A program made the position numbers and the translations under genes. From IMG/VR virus record IMGVR_UViG_3300048838_000238, positions 41,997-105,996 of that record: 64,000 nt of DNA, one strand, 5' to 3'. This DNA is from a virus. Shown here one piece after another: positions 57,921 through 64,000 of this stretch; positions within the stretch are counted from its first letter, which is position 1; the number at the start of each line of letters is the position of its first letter. The notes under the pieces are model-generated. The model made no database searches. It was not told where the DNA came from and saw only the letters and a program-made list of their open reading frames with translations.

Positions 57921-58777
57921 CAGTCCACGAACTCCGTTCCGGCGTTAACCCAAGCGTTATCACGTACTTCGATCGCCTCGCGATCAGCCGGCACGATCGT
58001 CACTCGCGCAGCCCGCGCCTTCACCTTCCCCCACGTCTTGCCGTAGGCGTCGATGCTCTCAGTTGTCAGTTCTTCGCCGTCCCATCGCCACGTCACTGGA
58101 TAGTTATTGCCTTGCGTGGTCCATTCGATCGGAGCGTTTAGCGTGTCCAGAACCGCTTTGCGTCCGACATAGTTCGGAGCAACGTCGTACTTCGGATTCC
58201 TCGCGACGAATGCTTGCCACATCTTGGCATCGCCCTCTCGCAAATGCCGCAAGAACAACGGAACGTGCTCCTTTTGATACGAAGCGATCTCGCCGCCCAT
58301 CATGGCCTGCGGACGGAAGGCGACCAGTTTCTCCACGTTCTCGACGGTCCAGTCAGCTTTCGGCAAGAGGCTGTCGCCGTTGACAATGAACGCCGAATGC
58401 TTTCTGAACGGCACTTCCTTGCACATCGGCATGTGCGCATACGGCAGGTACACGTAATCGCCGATGAATGCCAACTTAGTGGCAGCCAAGCCAAGTTGCG
58501 GAATACCCTTGCCTTTCTGCTTATGCTCGTGAACCCACGAGCTGAACGATCCGGCGCGACGTGTCGGACCTGACTCGGTACTCATCCTGCCGTAGGGGCA
58601 CTTCTGGTGACTGAAAATCTGGACTTGAATGCAGCCGCCGCGTTCGCGAACCGGACACGATTCGAGCGAACAGAAGATGGACGTGCATGTCGCGCGTTCG
58701 TTTGCAGGAGCTTTGAACAGCGAATTCGTCGGATCGTAAACCCGAAGAGACACGAGTTTTTCTTCTGGCACTGTCAC
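57920..58777 (-). CDS. Hypothetical phage protein
   Basis: 285 aa, GGAG RBS, palindrome at 58796..58814 upstream. Confidence 0.65.
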   Translation of the reverse strand: MTVPEEKLVSLRVYDPTNSLFKAPANERATCTSIFCSLESCPVRERGGCIQVQIFSHQKCPYGRMSTESGPTRRAGSFSSWVHEHKQKGKGIPQLGLAATKLAFIGDYVYLPYAHMPMCKEVPFRKHSAFIVNGDSLLPKADWTVENVEKLVAFRPQAMMGGEIASYQKEHVPLFLRHLREGDAKMWQAFVARNPKYDVAPNYVGRKAVLDTLNAPIEWTTQGNNYPVTWRWDGEELTTESIDAYGKTWGKVKARAARVTIVPADREAIEVRDNAWVNAGTEFVD

Positions 58778-58815
58778 TGCGTTCTCTCCGTGTGGTGATA
58801 TCTGATCGCTATAGG

Positions 58816-59928
58816 CTATTCGCCGCGCGAGCGCTGTTCTTGCATCAGTTCGCGGTATCTCTCGATCACTTGCTTCGCCGATGTGAACTTCACAGGAATG
58901 CCGACGGCGGTCCCCACTTCTTGTCTCATCGCGGCGATACTGCGAGCCTCATCTAAAGTCAAGATGCAGGTCGGCCAGCCTTTCGTGTACAGCAAGTGCT
59001 TCGGAAGCCACCGCTCCGCGTTCTCGCGAATCACCTGGACGCACTTGGCGCGATCTAGTCCAGAATGTTGCTCGTTGGTCAGGAGGTTCGGCGCTACATC
59101 CCCCAGCCACTTCGCTTGAAAGGCAAACGAAGAGTCGATTTCCAACTGAACCATCTGGCGGTACAACTCGTGGTTGTCCGGACAAGTGGAAGCCGCCAGA
59201 AGATCCGGCCGCGCCGACAAGATGCAGTAGCAGCAAGACACTCGCGATGCGCCGTACGTCACGTAGGCTTCGTGTAACGGGAACTCGCGATTAGCGTGCA
59301 AGGCGATAACATCGTCAAGAGTCCACTCGATGATCGGGTGCCAGTTGAATCCGTTCGTGTCGTCGCTCCTGCGGTACAGCAGAGACTGCGGGCTCGACAC
59401 TGGCTTCTTGGCGCGGCCGGGGCTTTCCTGGCGGCGGATACCAACGGCGTTGATAATCGTCTGACCGCCGAACCGTTTTTTAAGATAGCTACAGATCACG
59501 GCTGTCTTCAACTCGCTGGTGCAAAACCTCATCGAGGGCGTGCTCCAAGGCAGGATCAGCTTGACGCACTCCAGGTTTCCATATCGCCGGACGTTGTTGT
59601 CCCAGCGAGTCAACCAGCGGTCGAGCATATCGCCAGCCTTGCGACGAACCACGACCAGTTCCAGCCCGAGCCTGTCAGCCAGCTTTTCACATTGCGGCAA
59701 GCTGGCCTTCCACTCAGTTCTGCCGAGGTCACTGTGAATCAATATCCGCTCACCACGATGGCCGACAGTGTCTAAGTGATCGATCGTCGCGAACGCCAGT
59801 GCATCGCTGTCCTTGCCTCCTGACACTCCGATGGCAACCGGGGCATGGTCCGCGACCGCCTTATCAATCTCTGGCGTCGTAGCGACGCCTGGCTCGCAGC
59901 CAGCCGTGAATAGTTTTGCTTGCTTCAC
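58816..59928 (-). CDS. PAPS-reductase family PP-loop protein with putative Fe-S cysteines
   Basis: VSGGKDS, RFCTSELK, GIRRQES..R, SRVSCCYC. Confidence 0.85.
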   Translation of the reverse strand: MKQAKLFTAGCEPGVATTPEIDKAVADHAPVAIGVSGGKDSDALAFATIDHLDTVGHRGERILIHSDLGRTEWKASLPQCEKLADRLGLELVVVRRKAGDMLDRWLTRWDNNVRRYGNLECVKLILPWSTPSMRFCTSELKTAVICSYLKKRFGGQTIINAVGIRRQESPGRAKKPVSSPQSLLYRRSDDTNGFNWHPIIEWTLDDVIALHANREFPLHEAYVTYGASRVSCCYCILSARPDLLAASTCPDNHELYRQMVQLEIDSSFAFQAKWLGDVAPNLLTNEQHSGLDRAKCVQVIRENAERWLPKHLLYTKGWPTCILTLDEARSIAAMRQEVGTAVGIPVKFTSAKQVIERYRELMQEQRSRGE

Positions 59929-59939
59929 GTTCTCTCCAG

Positions 59940-60320
59940 TTACCCTTGATGGTGGCCCGTCGACTTTGCCTTGGTCGCTTCTTTCAGATACGCGCGAGTC
60001 TCCTCCACCGACAGTATCCTACCTCGCAGTCTTGCCATGTCGGTCAACTCAAAGACTGGCTTGCCAGAAGTCATCGCCGCTTCGACCTCGCCACCAACAC
60101 CCGCTGTAATCTTCCCGTCTGACAGACTGCGGAATGCCAAGCAGTCGACCGACAACAGCATGTCGTAAAAGAACTGCATCCCGAATTTTCGGTAGGCTTC
60201 GTCGTTGCCTGGACGATTCGGATTGACGACTTCAAAGCCGATACGCTCCAGAGCCTCGACATCGTCTTTCTCTTGATTGGTGTCGTAGCTATCGGTGCTG
60301 TGTGCGTAGTAGCATTTCAT
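59940..60320 (-). CDS. Nucleoside 2-deoxyribosyltransferase-like protein
   Basis: YYAHS...VVNP...TAGVGGEV..A...GKPV. Confidence 0.6.
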   Translation of the reverse strand: MKCYYAHSTDSYDTNQEKDDVEALERIGFEVVNPNRPGNDEAYRKFGMQFFYDMLLSVDCLAFRSLSDGKITAGVGGEVEAAMTSGKPVFELTDMARLRGRILSVEETRAYLKEATKAKSTGHHQG

Positions 60321-60361
60321 GCGTCGATCCTTGCGGGTGATATCTAACTGATATAGCCAAT

Positions 60362-61555
60362 CTACATGAAGCAAAGTCCAGAGTCGCATTGCAGGTCCGA
60401 CACAGCGTCTTCGCCAACCTGGAAGTCGAGAATCGGCAGCAGCTCAAGAGGCACCAACGTCTGCGAACAGAACACTTGGTTCTTGGCGCCAGCGGCTGCG
60501 AAGTCGCGCAGCTTGCGGTCAAGAAATGCCGCCTGAACCCAATCCTCGGAATGGTTCTCGTACATATCTCGCAGCGAGCGAATCCCTTGGAACGGACACA
60601 TATTGCACATCGATATCGCCGGTTCACCGAGCCCCCAGCGTTTCCAGTCGGCGTGAACTCGGTCGGGACCGATGCCGCGTTCGATCATCGGGAACCGCAG
60701 CTTCTGCCACCGCACGTCTTCTTTGGCCTTGGCTGCGCGCCACCGTTCGTGATCAGCGAAGCCGATCCACGTCTCGGCGATACCCGGCCACACTCGCCGC
60801 GAGCCAGTTAGTTTCTCCAGGTGAGTTCTAATCGCTCGCCGGATGGGCGCGACTTTGTAGTAGGCGGTGCAACACTGTGCCAGTTGACCAGCAGCCCCTC
60901 TTTGTTCTCGTGTCGTCCGATACCTGTCTGGGTTCGCGATCGCGTCGTGGTAGTAAGCCAGCGTCCGATTGTCGTTGGCCCATTCCATCGACTGCTTCTC
61001 GGGATCTGGAATCGTGTCGCCTGCCGCGCGAGTCCACATCGGCGGGTTGTCGATCCGATGCTTATCGCCTCTCTGGATAGCCAGCAGGTCGTCGGAGAGC
61101 TTCGGGCCGTCGGCGACGACGAAGGCGATACCAGCCTCTTCGCAGAGCGTCTTGTATTTGGCAACCGTATCGTAGGTTCGTTGTTTCTCGGCGCCGGGAT
61201 TCGCCGTGACAACCAGGAATGGATCTGGTCGCTCGACTTCTCCGCGCAGGACCGCTTCCAGAATCCAAGTCGACTGACGGCCACCGGAGAAGCTGAGCGT
61301 CGTCAGTTCGCACGTTCCTGCCAAGCGTCGGTCGCGACCAAGCACGGCGTGCTTCTCTTCTGGCATGTCGTCGATATCGCACGTCGCGAAGTACGAGCCG
61401 ATACCACCGCCGACTACCACCGCGTTCTCACAGGTTCTGCGAGCAGCAATGGCCTCGTGAGCCGTCTCGTACCGCCTGTGCTTCTGCTTGAACAGCAAGC
61501 CTTGTGAGAGCGACAGTCGGCTAGCATGATTTCCAGTCGGAGCGGCTTGAATCAT
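60362..61555 (-). CDS. Adenine nucleotide alpha-hydrolase/PAPS-reductase-like protein
   Basis: LSFSGGRQS, QCCTAYYKVAPI, SMCNMCPF, C-terminal CDSGLCFM. Confidence 0.75.
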   Translation of the reverse strand: MIQAAPTGNHASRLSLSQGLLFKQKHRRYETAHEAIAARRTCENAVVVGGGIGSYFATCDIDDMPEEKHAVLGRDRRLAGTCELTTLSFSGGRQSTWILEAVLRGEVERPDPFLVVTANPGAEKQRTYDTVAKYKTLCEEAGIAFVVADGPKLSDDLLAIQRGDKHRIDNPPMWTRAAGDTIPDPEKQSMEWANDNRTLAYYHDAIANPDRYRTTREQRGAAGQLAQCCTAYYKVAPIRRAIRTHLEKLTGSRRVWPGIAETWIGFADHERWRAAKAKEDVRWQKLRFPMIERGIGPDRVHADWKRWGLGEPAISMCNMCPFQGIRSLRDMYENHSEDWVQAAFLDRKLRDFAAAGAKNQVFCSQTLVPLELLPILDFQVGEDAVSDLQCDSGLCFM

Positions 61556-61752
61556 TGCGGCTTATCCTTTACCCAGTCTCGCGACTGAACACGGGTCGGG
61601 ACGACTTTGCCGCTCCAGCGACTTGCGATGGATCGAAAATGTGGAGCATGGAACGAATACGCTCCGTCATCGTCGAGTTCCACGATAAGGCATTGCGTAC
61701 GGACGACTCCGCACTTGATCGTCTTATCGTAAAAGTACATGGCTTGAATCAT
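61552..61752 (-). CDS. Hypothetical protein
   Basis: 66 aa, coupled to both neighbours. Confidence 0.5.
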   Translation of the reverse strand: MIQAMYFYDKTIKCGVVRTQCLIVELDDDGAYSFHAPHFRSIASRWSGKVVPTRVQSRDWVKDKPQ

Positions 61753-61919
61753 CGTTCGGACTCCACGGAAACTTCCGACCGCATCTCTGCGATTATTCTC
61801 TCCGCAAGCTCTAGTCTCTTGATCGCTTCTAGCGCGATCGACCGTTGCGCGGCTTCTGTCAGGTAATGCGGTTCATCGTTCAGCACTTGGCAGCAATGTC
61901 GGAAATGAGCTTCGGTCAT
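61749..61919 (-). CDS. Hypothetical protein (56 aa)
   Basis: Manual translation MTEAHFRHCC...; GAGG RBS; palindrome at 61949..61967 upstream. Confidence 0.45.
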   Translation of the reverse strand: MTEAHFRHCCQVLNDEPHYLTEAAQRSIALEAIKRLELAERIIAEMRSEVSVESER

Positions 61920-62038
61920 GCGGCACCTCGTGTCGGTTTCCTGCCTGACTATATCGTACTGATATATCTAGTTCGCCGCGAGTCAGACGATCTTGGCAAC
62001 CAGTTTGAAAACTTTCTCAGCGGCAAAAATCGCCGCCG

Positions 62039-62404
62039 CTACTTAGCGCGGAAGTGATCGGCGGCCATGCGGATGATGACCCGCACTGCATCCGTCAAGG
62101 ACTCGGCCTTGGTCCTCGCGATGAAGGCATCCAAGTGCTCTCGCTGTTCCTCGGTAAGCCGCAAGACAAGCGGTTTCCCGGTTGAATAGGCCGCATCGGA
62201 TTCACGCAGATGCTTTTTGTAGATCGCGGTCGACTTCTCTACAGCGCCGCAGGCCCAGCGCAGAGAGTGAATGAAAGCGCTGTTCCATGAGTTCGCCCAC
62301 AGGGAATGGCGGAGTTGCTCGACTGTTTCCTGATCTTCGTCGTCCAGCCATATCGGGTGGAGCATCTTCGCAGGTTCGGATTTGACTCGCTTTTTCTTGG
62401 CCAC
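62039..62404 (-). CDS. Putative tandem ribbon-helix-helix DNA-binding protein
   Basis: PIWLDDEDQETVEQL and LVLRLTEEQREHLDAF...SLTDAVRVII. Confidence 0.5.
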   Translation of the reverse strand: MAKKKRVKSEPAKMLHPIWLDDEDQETVEQLRHSLWANSWNSAFIHSLRWACGAVEKSTAIYKKHLRESDAAYSTGKPLVLRLTEEQREHLDAFIARTKAESLTDAVRVIIRMAADHFRAK

Positions 62405-62508
62405 AGCGGTACTCTCGAAGCATCTGAGGTAGCCCCTAGACGGGCTACTCTACTCAGTGTGGCACCGCTTGTCTATCGCAATCTGAAAACCTCTCCAGAT
62501 TACCGCTC

Positions 62509-62820
62509 TTACCAGTCTGGATAATCGAGCCGATGCTGCGGAACTAGATGGTCCGGCGCGTCCCACCGCATCGTTCTTCCGTCTGGTAGCTTGTATCGTT
62601 GCGGTGCGATCAGCAGGGCGTCAGCAAGGGCTTGCTTCAGGTCGGAGTTCTGCTGAGAAGTGACTACCACGCAGAGCTTCAGGGCGTCTGACTCTGGCAG
62701 ACCGGTTCTCAACGCGCCGGCGACGAAGCAATCCGTGGCTTTCAGCTTGTCGAATTCGTCGCGGATTCCCTGGATCGATTCAAAGTCAAATGGCCCGGCG
62801 GATGGGTTGGTCATCGTCAT
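62509..62820 (-). CDS. Hypothetical protein
   Basis: 103-aa ORF. Confidence 0.5.
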   Translation of the reverse strand: MTMTNPSAGPFDFESIQGIRDEFDKLKATDCFVAGALRTGLPESDALKLCVVVTSQQNSDLKQALADALLIAPQRYKLPDGRTMRWDAPDHLVPQHRLDYPDW

Positions 62821-63083
62821 TGCAGTTTAGCTCCAGCGTCAGCAGACCCCAGTGAGTTGCCTCGATATTTGCCGTAGGCGCGAACGAACACCGCCATCTC
62901 GCGCCCGTCATCGTGCCAGTCTTGGATGATGGCGACGCACGGATCGGCTTCGATGTCGTCGCTGCGGACCAACGTCCTGACAAGACCCTGCGCCGCGACT
63001 CGTTGAATGGCAGCCGACAGTCGCATCGCCTGATAGCGGCCAGTTCGCGACTCGCCTTTTCGGTAGGTGGTGAGTTGGACCAT
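62817..63083 (-). CDS. Hypothetical protein
   Basis: 88 aa, palindrome at 63111..63129 upstream. Confidence 0.5.
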   Translation of the reverse strand: MVQLTTYRKGESRTGRYQAMRLSAAIQRVAAQGLVRTLVRSDDIEADPCVAIIQDWHDDGREMAVFVRAYGKYRGNSLGSADAGAKLQ

Positions 63084-63151
63084 GATGCGTGCCTTAGGTT
63101 TCGCTGTCGGTTGTATCTAGGTGATATAGGTTGTTCGCCGACGGCGCGGCA

Positions 63152-63385
63152 TTATTGGAGAGACCCAGGAAAGATTAACGGAACCGGCTTTGTCCTGCCA
63201 GCGATGTACAGCGGATGCTTGGGAGTTCCGTCGTTGTTCAGTCCCAGACAAAACAAGCGGCCAGGAGGCACGGTCTTAAAGACTATCTTGTCGCGATCCT
63301 TCAGGTGCTTTGGAAACTTCGACCGCCGCCCCCAGCAGGCCAGCACCATTCCCGTCTGGTCGTTGGATGAGCGACTCCGTTTCAA
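63152..63385 (-). pseudogene. C-terminal fragment of a DUF1643-like gene
   Basis: LACWG...LFCLGLNNDGTPKHPLY motif; in-frame stop about 30 nt upstream, N-terminal half absent. Confidence 0.5.
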
Positions 63386-63511
63386 GAATGGATGCGACTT
63401 TTTCTTCTGAGATTACAACTGGAACGATCTTCCCGTTGATTCTCGTTCTTGGCCTAACCACTGGTTCAGTCCTTTCGCATCTTACAAAAACCGCTGCGCC
63501 ACGCTTTAACT

Positions 63512-64000
63512 TTAGGTGAACTCGCCAACAATCTGTCCGTTCTGAATCTTGCGAGTCGCTTCAATTTCTCCAACGAATACGCGATGCTGAACTACGTCGT
63601 CAACTATCCAATGGGCGAGCAAGACAGCGCCGGGATGCTCAACCCAGGTGAATCTCGTCGCGGTCGATACACCAGCCGACTTTGGTCCGAGTTCGATTGT
63701 GCTGTATTCACCCGTCGTCAACGCGGCACCTCCGTAGCCCGAGTTGGACGCGGCACCTCTGTAGCCCGAGTTGGACGCGGCACCGCTGTAGCCCGAGTTG
63801 GACGCGGCACCGCTGGAGCCCGAGTTGGACGCGGCACCTCCGTAGCCCGAGTTGGACGCGGCACCTCCGTAGCCCGAGTTGGACGCGGCACCTCTGTAGC
63901 CCGAGTTGGACGCGGCACCGCTGTAGCCCGAGTTGGACGCGGCACCTCTGTAGCCCGAGTTGGACGCGGCACCGCTGTAGCCCGAGTTGGACGCGGCACC
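63512..64000 (-). CDS. Gly/Ala/Ser repeat protein (GAASNSGYx)n, partial
   Basis: The repeat reads GAASNSGY[S/R/G] in frame with the 63512..63721 ORF. Confidence 0.7.
   Translation of the reverse strand, partial: GAASNSGYSGAASNSGYRGAASNSGYSGAASNSGYRGAASNSGYGGAASNSGYGGAASNSGSSGAASNSGYSGAASNSGYRGAASNSGYGGAALTTGEYSTIELGPKSAGVSTATRFTWVEHPGAVLLAHWIVDDVVQHRVFVGEIEATRKIQNGQIVGEFT
63722..64000. repeat. 27-bp coding tandem repeat, about 10 copies
   Basis: Unit GGACGCGGCACC(T/G)C(T/C)GTAGCCCGAGTT with no spacers. Confidence 0.95.

Noticed and set aside
63718-63999. ORF-track protein (PRPTRATEV)n
   Set aside because: Shadow frame; the GAASNSGY frame joins the downstream 63512..63721 coding region
63722-64000. 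Tandem repeat as a CRISPR array for the csf operon
   Set aside because: Units are contiguous with no unique spacers, are a multiple of 3 and read as an in-frame peptide repeat

Overview
The window is a ~60% GC tailed-phage or prophage segment, almost entirely coded on the minus strand. A secreted SHD1-domain protein and a Planctomycete-style prepilin motif suggest a Planctomycetota (PVC) host; this is an inference. Read right to left it contains: small early/accessory genes with two PP-loop (PAPS-reductase-like) enzymes; a translationally coupled, array-less type IV-B-like Cas operon (csf1, an inserted HNH gene, cas11, csf2, csf3) that runs directly into GNAT, a methyltransferase-like gene, an unknown ORF, ibrA, ibrB and a cysH-like gene; ParB-like, TerS and TerL genes; an intein-containing portal fused to a pyrophosphatase-like domain; a MuF head protein carrying a PI3/4-kinase/HipA-like domain; protease/scaffold, decoration and major capsid genes; neck genes; a tail tube, a frameshifted tail chaperone pair and a tape measure gene; and tail tip proteins, including a 1502-aa FG-GAP beta-propeller protein. 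A 19-bp palindrome (CTATATC-N5-GATATAG) recurs at least 16 times upstream of genes, often with a bipartite promoter-like motif. I saw no CRISPR array, tRNA, integrase or tail sheath. All family assignments come from motif recognition by eye; no database searches were run.
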